In this document: piece by piece, positions 39,476 to 52,551 of the stretch
How the letters are laid out: every line of letters begins with the position of its first letter
How positions within the stretch are numbered: position 1 is the first letter of the stretch
Assembly: GCA_977030845.1 (NCBI GenBank)
Contig: OZ365115.1
Span: 12,896,001 to 12,960,000, forward strand
Length of the DNA stretch: 64,000 nt
Source: Fimbriosthenelais zetlandica
Taxonomy: Eukaryota
Reading direction: 5' to 3'
Notes under the pieces: model-generated
Database searches by the model: none
Told to the model about the DNA's origin: nothing
What the model saw: only the letters and a program-made list of their open reading frames with translations
Translations under genes and position numbers: made by a program

Positions 39476-42400
39476 ATGGTGAGTGTTCACATTTCTTATC
39501 GGCAGTATTTATTCAACTTTTCAAGAACGTAATTCAGTAAGTTAGACTTAGTTGCCTGCAATCCCATTGTATGTAATGGAAATCATTCGCAACATAATTA
39601 GCAGAAGACCATTGGGATTTCTTTGCTACACACTTTTGGACTTTGGGTGCTCATGCATTCACTAGTTGTACCAATGATTACTTGGCTAATTTACTGAACA
39701 GAAATTTCGTCCAAAATGTTACAACAGTTCCCACTGAAGTTCTATAATATATGACGTGAATTGCATTTCTCAGGGATTCTGGAGACCGACAAGTAGATCT
39801 ATACTTTGACGGAACAAGCCATTGTTCCTTCCCCATGGTCAAGACATAAACCTTTTTCCTTTATCACTAGAATGTATCAATATTTCGAATATACTTCATC
39901 GGCATTGTTTTTATGTACAATGCTCAGTTCTGGGTTTTCATACATTTCAGCACGGTCATATTCATGACAGTTTAAAGTTAATGGTCCTGGATCATTATGG
40001 TCAGGAAATATGGGAGAAAATATTGTAAGTACATCTTCATTTTCTAAAAATCTTAATGGCAGCCTTTCAACATATAAAGTACCATAAGTTAGAATTTGCA
40101 AAATGCATTGCATTCAGCTATATTCATACCCAATCATGCCATCAATTCCCTTAGTGTATGACAATGCTTAAGCCTAATAAAATGAAGGGATTATTGAAAA
40201 TTCTAGAGATAATCCTATAATCAGAAAATGTAAATCTGTTGTTACATTGCAGGGAGGCGGCAGGGTGTGAAGATGAGACTCACTGGTTTCACAAACTTCA
40301 TCATTACGATGACAGCCTCACTATTAATCTTATTGTAGCCATTTCTAAAGTCATGGGTGAGTATATTAGTATATATATAGAGATTCATTGTAACCATCCA
40401 AATAACCAAATATTGGTGAAAAAATGTTTTACACTACTGACCAATCAAAGTGTTGTTGCCAAGGGAAAGCAATTTAAATAGCTGTTTTATATTAAAATTG
40501 TTTCAATAATTATACATATCACTGTCAATAACAGGCGATATGGTGACGATGAATTCGACAAAAAGACCAGTGATTTCTATGAAAAGGTTTTCTGACTAGG
40601 TTTTCAAGTGATAGAAAATGACGTTTGTAATGATATATTTGCTTTTTTGTCAGGTAAAAGTGTCAATGACATACTGGAGGAGTATGGACCATATTTCATC
40701 TGGTATACCATGTCTATAGGCTATGACCGGATGTTGAGATCATTGGGAACTGATTTTGGTTCTTTCATTGACAACCTTGACAATATTCATACCATGTTGG
40801 AGGTCTGTTATGATGACTTGAGAACGCCTCAGTTTAGGTGAGCCCTTTAATTATAATGTTCATATTTATTAGAGGGGCAGAAAATCCACAGAGCTTTTAT
40901 AGTAATAACTTGCTAAATACTGTATATTTCTTCCCCAAATCCATTTCAGGATAAGTAATTCAAGTTAAGTTTTTAAAATTCATGATTATACTATTGTTTT
41001 CTGCCTCTTTAAAAATATAAACCCCAAGCGGAGTAATTGGAAACATGGTGTAATGTCTCCTGTGTGTTGGGTAGCAAACTTGTACGGAGAAATATATATA
41101 CGCGAAACTATTTCATCTCATCTGAACTATGGTAACTCTGCAGTTAGGACGAATTCATTTTTGACTGTTTTTTAAATACACAATGAGATTGAACAGGTAG
41201 GCTGCACCACTATATTAGTCTCATTAACTGAGTCATACAAGTTTTGATTAATCACAGAAGTTTTTGATATTTCTGAGAATTTCTCTGAAGTCTTTGATAT
41301 ACCATATCTTAATGATTGTTACTGGATGTTCCTGCCATATCTTTGATATGTTATAACCCTAATGATCAGGAGTGAGAGGACGGAAGATGGAGGGGTTGTG
41401 TTACACTATTACTCCCATAGAGATGGATTGGAACATTTAGTTCTGGGTAAGTAGCTTGGGAAAAACTTGAGAGCAGAGAGATCAAAGATTCCCAAATCAT
41501 TCCTAATTGGAATCAATGCAGGCTATGATTCACTAGAAACATCTGACAAAAGCCCTGGAACAGTTCCAGGTAAAGCCTAAGTACATAACTGCATGGTGCT
41601 TTCTTGTCATTTGATTCCATTCTGAAATGGATCTGGATGGATGTTTAGGAACTAGTCTAAATATTAAAGTCATAATAAATAGTTCCGAATCGACCATTCA
41701 TTTGATGAAGGTAATTTTCGTGAAAAATGGGAGAAATTTAAATTCGTTGTAATTTAATGATTGATTATGACGTCAATTATAGATGGCATGAAACCCTGGC
41801 ATTAATTATTAATTAATGTTTATAAAATTATTAAAACATGTCGAAAACAGACAAAATCAGGTCTAATATAATTATTGGCATCCAACTATGCAGAAGAAAA
41901 CACGAGTCGACTGAAAATGAATCAACATGTTTTTCTTCAGAGGCTCAGAACTTTAGAAAGCATAATTATTGGACATACTTGTTTGGGTAACATGGTTTTG
42001 CCCGTGTACAAATAAAAGATATACAAGATTACAAGGTGACCTACAAATTTCAAGAGATATTTTCAAATATGAGGTAGCCTCGCGGTTATGCCAAACAATA
42101 TAAAGAAAGTGAAACGATTTTTTTTTCTGAAACTGCAGGTTTGATGAGGGGTGTAGGAGCCCTGTTATTTAACCAGGAGGTCGACGTGCACCTTGTACAG
42201 GTTGACAAGTATGTGACAGACAATTCAGCTAGCCAGCACCATGCCAAACTCTGGATGAAAATTGTTGGTCCGTTACCACGGAGCGCCGCTCCAGACGGCT
42301 CCGGGGACTTCATTAGCCACTATACGGGAGTAAGGGTAAGTTTCAGGGGTGTATAATATTCCCTTCGTTGCATATATAAATTCTGCACCCTATACTACAG

Positions 42401-45400
42401 CATAAAATGTCGAGAACAACAAGAACATGCCTCTCATCACAGAATGTCCATTTTGGATCATGTGAGCAGCAATGGTGAAACAACCCATGTGGAGCAACCA
42501 TGGGCCAATATACACTATTGGGAAGAGATTCTGGGAATGTTTAATAATCTGAATGTGGTGTTGTTTTGCAGTTTGACGACCAGGAGGAAATCACTGACGG
42601 ATCTAACTTACAAGTCCTGGAGATGGCTCGGTCTCTGCGCCAGCGTCGACTGGAGCAGAAGATAGCCATGGAAAACAAAATCCTGGCTCTGAGGAAACCT
42701 CTCACAATGTCAGCAGATCAGCTAGAGATTCTACTACCTTATCACGTGATCATTGACCATTCACTGAACATCATGCAGACAGGAGCCATGATGCAGGTAT
42801 GGTGGCTGGAAGGTTATGCACATCTTAAAGGTGACAAGACGGGGTTAGATCTGGGTTCGCAACAAGAGGCAGGGCCATAGGGCTATGAGACATGGGTGAC
42901 CTCAGAATAACCAAGTCGGGACGGCAGTGGGGCAGAAGAGAAATTGGGAAAATTGGAGAATATTATTGAACCTGCAAGTTCCTCCTGGATTCAAATCTAT
43001 ACTCGACCACCAGAGCCATGGACCCACCCTGGCAGGCGATTCATAAGAGAATGTAAATTTTCAAAGTATAGTTCCAAAGAATGCCAGAGTTAGGATGGAA
43101 TGACACAAGAGTAATCTGGTCCAAAGATCATGGGCGATTGGAGGTTCTGAGAGCTTCTTTAAATAATAATATCCATTCTTTCATGTATCATGCTTCTATC
43201 AAATAAATATTTAGGATAATGAATCTGTTATTTTCGCTAGATGTACTGCCCCACTGTGAGGCCCGGGGTGAACCTGAAGGATGTAGTGGAGGTGATCCAC
43301 CCCCGTATGTCCGTCCAGTTTACTGACATTACTGATTTCTTTAAGACGTGTTTTGTACTGTCAGTCAAACCCACAAATAAGGAGGACCCAGTAATTATCC
43401 TCAAAGGTAAGTATGGAATGGTTTTACAGTAGTTTGAATAGATAAATTAACTCTAGGAGCTTTTACCTCAACACAATAATGAGCCATCACACAATACAAG
43501 CACTCTTAGAAAATTCAACATGAGTGTGCACATGTATACAGTACGATGACAAGAGATGCCAAACACTTGGTATAAAGTAATTTTCCTAAGTAGTTCTGAC
43601 CTTAGATAGTTGATTTCACTACAGTTATAGCTATCTGATGGGTCAGTAGAGATAAATCTATTCATAAACATGGTAGGTCGCCCTATTCACATGTAGGGAA
43701 GCCATCTTTTAGCAAGAATGATGTCACAGGATGTCACATGGTGTTGGTCCACCAATCAGAATAAGGAAGAGGTTGGATTGCCATTTTTCTACACAGAGGA
43801 GCGCCATCTAACAGTCAAGTCTCAGCTCATTGGCACCCCCTGTGTATTTAACGTTTTTTTTATGTTTTTGTTGTTGATATTTTGGGAGATTTTCATTACA
43901 GGTCAGATGATTAAGCTGGATGAAGACCACGTGATATTCATGTGTTCACCGCGCCTGCGCACCCTGATTGAGCTCCAGGAGAAGCAGCTGTTCATATGTG
44001 ACCTCCCTGTGTTTGACAACACCCGGGAGTTTGTCCTGCTAAACCAACTCAGACAGACAGAAATTGACATCAGGTGAAAGAAAATCAAAAAATAAATTTA
44101 CAATTTGTACAAATCGAAAAGAAGGCTTCTTTTCGATTTTCTTAGAAGGTCATACATATTTTTGGAGAAGGGTTCATACATAAAAGTTCTGGTTGTGATA
44201 TGACGTTGAAATATTGCCCTTAGGGAGAATGTTCGTGTCTCTGGATATTTATACTAGGGATTGAAACTAGGGATGAATGAAGTATGTGTCGGTCACAATT
44301 AAAACTAGCCGGTATAATAACTTTTATCTCCAGTCAGCGGCTGGAGGAAACATCAGCGGAGCTAGAGAGGACATCTAAAGCCCTGGAGAAGGAGAAAGCT
44401 AAGACAGACATGCTGCTGTATCAGATGTTACCGGTAGAAGTGGCTGACAAACTGAGAGATGGCAAGAAGGTGGATGCCGGTGAGTGGGTCGTGTGGTCAT
44501 AAGACTTTAATTGACCCTTATCAGGTCATCCGGTTAAGTTTTCCCCCTGGTCCTTTAAATTGTAGGCCAAGCATGGCTCCCCCAGTATGAGCAAATGGCG
44601 TTGCGAAGGATTGCGAATATTCTGAGAATACTCCAGTCAGTGCAGGATGGGGGGTTGTGGGTTGTTGGTTAGTAAAACACGGGCGGAATTTAATAAGAAA
44701 AATCCTGCATTTTTTTCTTACAGAAACCTTCGACGAAGTGACCATCTTGTTCACTGATATTGTCACTTTCACCAATATTGCCTCCGCCGTCAAGCCAATC
44801 CAGATTGTCGATATGCTTAATGCTTTGTACTCTCAGTATGATGAACTCACCAACCTACATGATGTCTATAAGGTATGTGTTCATTAATATAACTAAAGGT
44901 AAATGTCCTCATTGAGGTCCATTGCCCATATAAGCAAAATTATTAACAGATCGATTGATACAGGATGACGTATAAAAAAATAGCTGAGGTTACATGGTGC
45001 TTATCAATTAAATGGCTTAATAATCAAGTCAACTTTCTCTCTGGGTAGGTAGAGACAATAGGAGATGCCTACATGATCGTGGGTGGTGTACCCAAAGCTG
45101 CCAAGGACCATGCTAACAGAGTGGCTAATATGTCACTGAGTATGGTGGTAGCTTCTGGTAGGGTCAATTCACCCGCCACTGGCAAACCACTTCAGGTAAG
45201 AATTAATCAATTAATACAAATTTAAAAGTTCAAAAAAAAGTTAAATGTTTTAAAAGTATCCGTTACTGCCCTTATATTTGACCTCTAAAGATGCAAACCC
45301 TTATTGGTAAATCAAATTGTAATTAATTTCCATGGTAACAAATGATAATTTTGTCATTTTATAATGGGAATTACTTCAACTAATGTGGAATAAAAAGATC

Positions 45401-46353
45401 TATTTCAGACCAGGAACCAATGGAAGAAATGTATTTCTTAAATAGAGTCATGTAATAATAAAGGAAATAGTAATGAATGATGATGGATTAAAATAACTTT
45501 ATGTGCTCTCATTAGATCCGGGTAGGGATGCACTCGGGGCCAGTCATGGCTGGCGTGGTGGGGGACAAGATGCCCAGATACTGTCTTTTTGGTGACACTG
45601 TCAACACAGCCTCCAGAATGGAGAGCCATGGCGTTCCTGGACGTATTCATGTCAGCCCAACCACTTACAAGTAAGGCTCAGTTTGTTGAGATTATGTTTG
45701 ACCTATTGTTTTTCTGACAAGGAACAATTAATAAAGCATCATCCAAATAAAGTCAACGCTTCGTTCAAGGTCATAGCTTCATGTTCCATCCAGGGACTAT
45801 TATGGCCCTGCCATCACATTTCGGCAGCGGGAATGTGTTATGAACTCCGGTATAAAGTCCTCTCTCCTCCCAAAATATTATTACTCTGTAACGTTTACTG
45901 TTGATATGGCTATGACTTTTTAAGGTAGGCCGCAGTATACTCAAGAAAGCATTCATCATTATTTCATGATTAGTATCATTTGTTAAAAACAATGACTGAT
46001 AATGTCTTTGATCGGACGGAATGCTCTTCATTTTGCGAATTAGTCTTGCGCAACTGCAACCTCGATACAATTTCGATTAACAATAAAGACAACTCCCTGT
46101 ATTTCCCCATTTAATCTAGTTCCTACTTTCCCCTGCCTTGTAACTAAATGTTTTTAATGACAGATTGCTGAAGGGGGATACGATATATAACATTGAGGAG
46201 CGAGGGAAAATTGAAGTGAAAGGCAAAGGACAAATGACAACCTATTTCCTGAATCCCTCAGAGGAGAAAGAGAAGGAAGAAAATGGCGTCCAGGCCAACG
46301 GTGCAAAACTAGAAGAGGTCAAAAGAGAAAGTAAAATATGTTCCCTTATTTGA
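39476..46353 (+). CDS. Soluble guanylate cyclase, beta2-like (H-NOX, PAS/HNOBA, coiled coil, cyclase, CaaX), ~662 aa, 14 coding exons
   Basis: Exons: 39476-39478 (ATG|GTGAGT), 39951-40024, 40253-40356, 40654-40837, 41370-41446, 42139-42335 (or 42329), 42572-42796, 43241-43406, 43902-44073, 44334-44479, 44724-44872, 45049-45195, 45516-45670, 46164-46353. All GT-AG with phases joining into one open frame (1989 nt). Motifs: NLDNIH (heme His), HYYSHR (YxSxR), [62 protein letters not shown]-terminal CSLI. Confidence 0.95.
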
Positions 46354-46589
46354 AAGATAGAAAGATCCGAGATCAAAATATTACTGTATGAGGAGTCTTG
46401 AAATATCTCCTATGTGCTTTGATAGCAAATTGTACACTGTACTACTTCTTAAGCGTCTTGTAGTGTAGCATATCTTCTATAAATTTAATATTACTAAATA
46501 TTATGTAATAAATTATGATCATAAAAACTACGTAGCGTAGTAATTAAGTAAAGTAAAAATACATCTGTAACATACACTTAACGTGTGAA

Positions 46590-46595
46590 AATAAA
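46590..46595 (+). terminator. Candidate polyadenylation signal of the sGC gene
   Basis: First AATAAA I noticed downstream of the sGC stop codon at 46353. Confidence 0.3.
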
Positions 46596-47862
46596 AGATC
46601 TAAGAATTGCTTGATTCTTTCACAATGCACAGCTAAATTATGTATCCATTGGATTGCTTAATAATGCTAGAACGGGGCATTAAAAAGTCCACTGGGTGGG
46701 AAAACGAAATGGAAAGGTAGCAATAGTTAAGAGATGGAGAGGTTATGGGACTTCATGGAGGAATATGCCTATGTAACTAAGAAAATAAGATGTTTCAACA
46801 AGCAACAGTAACAGTTAGGTCCTCCTACACCAGATGGACACACAGTAGTTCAGAATGATGGATCACATTCATCTGAAACCTTGGAACCATGCATGGACAT
46901 CAATATTTTCCTAATAACTCTTACACAAAAGTATAGAGTTGTGTACCCAGCATTTTCATCACTAGAGTTAGGGCGGAATCGCCACTTTTAAGGAGTGCAA
47001 TTTGCAAACTTGTATAAATTGACACAAGAACTGTGTCCCCAGGTATATAATACTGGTAGCAGCAGTATTTAGAGTGATCTGTTAAATATTAATTGTACAT
47101 CTACATGTATGTACATCTATTATAGGAGGTTATTGTTTATAATTGTCTTATCAGGGCGTGTGCTCATACACCAGCTGATAGTGAACCATTTATCACCAAC
47201 CCATCACTCAATATCAAAGATAACATTCAATGTCAAAGACAATATAAAAGTCAGTTATGAACAGAACCATTTAACTTTTTGATTCAGATGGGACCCGCAA
47301 TAGAATTGTGTCGCAATAGTTGTTTTTTTGTTAATTGTTAAGTAGGTCTTGTTAAAACACATACCATATTCACTTAATTCATCTATAATAATTCTACTTT
47401 TTGAATAAACAAAGAATAGTAGTTTAATTTACTTTTTGTTAATTTATGTAATGTATCGCATGATTTTCATTTTATAAATTAGTAAGAGATATATAAAGAA
47501 ATGATTGTCATATATATATTTAAGTTTGTAGAATGATGTGAAGTACTGGGTCAGGTATAGGATGGTCTGACTGATCGCATACCGCACGTGTTGTGATAAG
47601 ACTCTCATTGATTTGTAGATAAATATCTCACACGTCACCATACATCACTACTACAGGTGCAGAGTAGATGCTAATTAAATCAATTCTCCCTTCCTACTGA
47701 ACCTCAATGTATAAAAGGTTATTTAATATGACACTTCGTTAAATTGGATTAAAATGGTAACCTAAATTGTTGACTTAATTCATTATCTTATAAATTTAAG
47801 GATCCAAGCCACACTAATGTGTAAAGATAACTTCTGGATTGCCAACTATGCACTTAAAGAGG

Positions 47863-48231
47863 AAGTTGTTTGTGTGTTTGTTTAGTGGGGTTTAACGTCA
47901 CATTCAGTTATTGATTGGTTGTATGGATTTCAACTTCACTTTCATCAATCTTCCAGTTATATCAGGACGGTGCCTACTTGTGACAGAAAGCCTAGTTATC
48001 CTCTTTTATAGTACATACTCACGTCGCAGGCACATTCCATGATACCTCAGCCAGTCACATTATCGTGACACCAGGCCGACCAGTCCTAATACTTTCCTGT
48101 TATCTTGCTGAGTGCCAAGAGAGGGAACCAGTGGTACCAATTGTTAAGTCTTTGGTTTGGCCCGGCCGCAGTTCGAACTGGCGACCTTCCACACCCAGGG
48201 CAGATACTCTATCAACGGCCGGGTATTCAGT
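47863..48231 (-). mobile_element. tRNA-derived SINE, probably Meta/MESC-core family
   Basis: Minus strand starts with a tRNA-like head (A-box-like TGATAGAGTATCTG, B-box-like GTTCGAAC). It continues CCAAAGACTTAACAATTGGTACCACTGGTTCCCTCTCTTGGCACTCAGCA, resembling the Meta/MESC core as I recall it, and ends in an (AAAC)n-like tail. Degenerate flanking direct repeat ACTATGCACTTAAAGAGG (47845-47862) / ACTATAGCACTTAAGAGAGG (48232-48251). Confidence 0.8.
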
Positions 48232-48541
48232 ACTATAGCACTTAAGAGAGGCAACTGAATGTTCCAGTTGTAGAGAAAGTTATATAATTATTGAAAATGT
48301 TATATCTGAAAGACCATACAAAGAAACTACATGATTGTATTTATACCTATATGAGAGAATAACAATGTTACTGATGTTATTTTTTCATGACAAGTTCAAG
48401 TGTGGAAACAAGCATCCTTCAAATGGATCATTCTTTACATTAAAGGTTTTATATAATATTATATTGAATGGCATTGCCGATGCTCCATATCACAGACCTG
48501 TATTTTCGACAGATTTACTCCAGAGTCAGGTGAGGGATAAG

Positions 48542-48555
48542 TTTGCCATGGTAAC
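48542..48555. promoter_or_regulatory. RFX X-box-like motif
   Basis: TTTGCCATGGTAAC, one mismatch from GTTGCCATGGYAAC. Confidence 0.4.
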
Positions 48556-50189
48556 GGAGGTGGCCTTCTACCTGAATTCAGGTAAGATCCTGACTACAGC
48601 AGGTAGAACATAAAGCGCTCTATACCCCGAAGGAAAGCCCCAGCATCAGTCATTGTAAATGGGATTCACAGAAGACCTACTCTTTATAGATTAGGCCTAA
48701 TATCTACTTGAAAGCATGCTTATATTGACAACACTGCGGAGTAACAGATTCCACATTGTGAAAAATAACACTGTCCATGTGCTAGTTGAGACATTGCAAT
48801 CAAATAAAGAAGGTGTAAGTCCACGATCGGGAACAACAAAAATGAAAAAATATAATATTATCATGAATAAATTCCATTCTGAACATGATATACTTTTGCA
48901 CCACCCATAGAAACTATAGATGCACAGATGTATAGAATGGTACACGTGATGATATCAAATTCTGCACTGAAACTCTGGATGCTACTGAAACCAAACACCC
49001 AATTATAACTAAACTCTCGGAATGTTCCTTCTACTTTCAACCTAACTGCATACCACCATGTTATCTGTGTAAAGTTATGATTAATAAATATAGTAACCCC
49101 AGAATATTCATCATGTTTTCTAAATGAAACCCTCAGAAGAAAAATATAAATATTACATATTTTGAATAGCATGAAAGTTTTAGAAATCTTTTCCATTGAC
49201 TTGAGATGAAGATTACGTGGAAGAATACAATACACAGAATATCAGCATTGTTAGCTTCTAACATATAATAGGGTACCCAGATAAGTAATCCTAGGAATGA
49301 GAGGATATTCACCCTGTTAGATATGCTTCAGTCACTAATGCCATACTATCCTATTGATGAATAGATCATACACGCATTTGATCCCATGCAGAGGAGCTTA
49401 TTTGTTCTATATTTAACTCGTCAGATTTGGTATAGCACCCCAAAATAACTGCCCACTTCAACCATCTAAAACCCTGGCATAATTCAGAGCACAGGACTTT
49501 ATCTAATGAATAGATTGAAAAATAATATTACTAGGCCTATACAGTGTATAGTATAATTCTCGTGTGCCTGGGACTAATGTATATTTGAATAGCTGTTTAA
49601 ATATTACAAATAGAAGACAAATGATTAGTGTATAGGCCTCCGACACATACTCATTGCGTATACAGTATAGTATTAGGTAGAGAAGCTAGGAATGCTCCTA
49701 GAAACCAGCATGACAGACTGGTTGCAAACAAACAACCTTATCTGAAGGCACTCACTTATGAAGGACCGCCATATGTTTGAAATTAGGCGCCAAACATAGA
49801 CCTATGATGTTAGACCTCGGTACAAATTCCATACATTACACACAAACCTTTAATATTGGACATAGTCAAAAGTCTCAATCTTCCTATTTATATTATAATT
49901 ATTAGCCCCACATTGATGGGAGGAGTGTTTGGGAGAATGAGGCTGGAGGATCTGCCTATGCCACGAACATCTGGGAAGTCACATCTACGATTTGACCAAT
50001 GAAATGGAAGTAGTTTATTTTTTATTTCAGTGCAATATTCCAAGTGCTTCACAATTCGCCGAATACATTTTTATAAAGAAAATATCGGTAAAGAATTGTA
50101 ATTCATTTATTGCGTGAAATTAGAGTGATAAAATGTTAGCAGGTGTTGATAATCAGGTAACTGATCACCTGTGTTTGCAGAAGGCTCGG

Positions 50190-50203
50190 ATTGCCATGGC
50201 AAC
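50190..50203. promoter_or_regulatory. RFX X-box-like motif upstream of prominin-like gene A
   Basis: ATTGCCATGGCAAC, 13/14 match to the palindromic X-box GTTGCCATGGCAAC. Confidence 0.45.
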
Positions 50204-52551
50204 CATGACGAGGGTACACACCATGAAAGCACCTGCATGTATACTACAACTTTAACAGAATCTCGTTTTTCATACTCTATAGGAATTTATTTTAATATAC
50301 ATCAGTTGGGGACGCCGTTTCAGGTCAAGATCTCTAAATATTATAAATGTTGCCTACAACATGTATGCTATACAGTCGGTAGCCTAAACAAAGGTATTGC
50401 AACAATGTTGCAACAACCTAAAGAGTGTACATGTTATCCTATTATATTATGTAAAAACTGGACCAAGTCCTGTTATAATATTCCCTTCCTATCACTCTCT
50501 GATTCCTCTAACTTTCCTGTTGGGAAACTTTTCGTTATGAGATTTATAGGAGCTTTACCACACAGGGATGCAATACTTCCAGGAAATTGTTTCATGAACT
50601 AGTTCTGTCCAGTTATGCTGTGATTTATTGCCCTCATATATTCCAAAAGAATTATTAAGAATATATTAAGAATTCTAAAATAAAAAGCCTATTCAGAATA
50701 GAAAACAATATAGAACTTAATATAAATCGTCCTTAACAAAAACAGGAATATTTATCCTTGTATTATTGACATAAAAAACAAACCTATTGACATAAATTGT
50801 CATATGATAATAAATCACTAAAATAATAAAAATTAACAGAGATAAGGTGCACCGGGACACGGTACAATATCAATACTTTCTGGGCGTATGTCAAAGTGTG
50901 ATAAATTTAGCCACAGGAACAAAGTCTGAAATATTTTATGATATCATAAGCGGCCTAAGGCGTGTTCCTGTTATCATGATATTAACATGCATCATAGTAT
51001 GAGATAAGACGCGGTGACGTCACCACCATACCCATCTCTGTATGAGTGAACGGTTCCAATGTCCAACTATCCACAACCTTTTGTCCTGGGGCATGTTGCA
51101 GAAGAAAAGTGTGCTAAAGAACCAATGTAAGGCAGGCCTATTGGTTAATGAATGTCATTGTTTATGAAACAGGTCCCTGACATATATTATATACATGTGT
51201 ATGCGTGGTCAGATCTATGTCTAATGATGGCCAGACTGAAGGGTCTGTGCATGCATATATGATATGTGTGACTAATTTCTGATTGAGGTTGGGTAGGGGG
51301 GGTATTCTGTTAAATGTCTCCCTCTGTGAGTTAGAATAATGGGTTAATTATTCCTATGACTCAATAGTCATTATGCAAAATACCATTATGTTTAGCATAA
51401 AATTTGTTCGCAAATAAGTCAAAATTGGTCCCTACAATAATTCCAACACTTGATCCAACTTCCCAAAATTTGATATGAGGAAGAAAACAAATATTTTTTT
51501 ACAAGAACAGACGAGATGTTATGGGATACATTTCCAAGACGCCTTCTTCCCTTGACCCCTGTTCCATATTTTTTCTTTTTTTTCCTCCCCGACCATCTCT
51601 TCACCACCACAACACGACTTCCTTCCATCCCTCCTTCAGTCTATGAGTAATAGGTGATAGAAGAAGTACGATGGCCCAGAATGTCCAAACAATTTACATC
51701 ACAACTTTCCAATTTAACCCATTTGAAAATATGAAGTATAAGCACACTTCATAATTAATGCTTTAAATCCATTACCATTGATGCATCAATGTATCATATT
51801 GTTCAAAATAACAAGTATGTCATGACCTTTCAGAAGGATAATTATATCCTTCTATAATAGCACTCTATATTTAATTGCAAAATTATTAAAGTGCACTTTC
51901 CAATATATTTTTGAACACCCGCATATCCCATGCAATGAAAAAAATATGAGGAATCTGGGGGTGGGGGGGGGGGGGTAATATATCATCCTTTAGTACCTGT
52001 ATTACATGCGGGCCACCGTAGTATACTGCGTGTTGTTTGACAGCCATCTCTCCTCCTCTCCTAATCCCAGCTCCGGGTCCATGGTATCTAGTACTATAAT
52101 AGTTCAGTCCCAGTCTCTCCCTCCACTCTATCACACTACCACTAACTACTACATCCTCAAATCAACTCAACAACTCCTAGTATTTATAAGTCAACATCTC
52201 TCAACCTCAGCATACACTCAGAGGTTCCTACATTAAACATTGGATCACAATTTCATGGGAGATTATCCGATTTGAAGAAACTTTACAGAGATCCATACAC
52301 AAGCTGGAAACCGAGGGTCCACGTGTGTGCTAAACAATTGAATTTGAATAACCTTGGAAATTAAAAAAAAATCAAACATCAACCCAACAAACGAAGTTAT
52401 GGGAGTTGACTAATTCAAACCAAGGAACAGTTTGAAGAACACTTTTTAAAGAACAGTTTTGGTGTTTTCTTTTCAAGAATCACCATTAAGGGATACTGCT
52501 CGGCTCAAAGAGGATATACTGTGAAAGGAAGCATTGTATATACCAAGAAAG

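Noticed and set aside
50171-50602. 143-aa ORF between sGC and prominin A
   Set aside because: Non-ATG start, no recognisable domain or coding-like composition, no splice support.
6890-51024. Full CRE palindromes TGACGTCA at 6890, 41768 and 51015
   Set aside because: About one is expected by chance in 64 kb; three scattered sites are not a meaningful enrichment.
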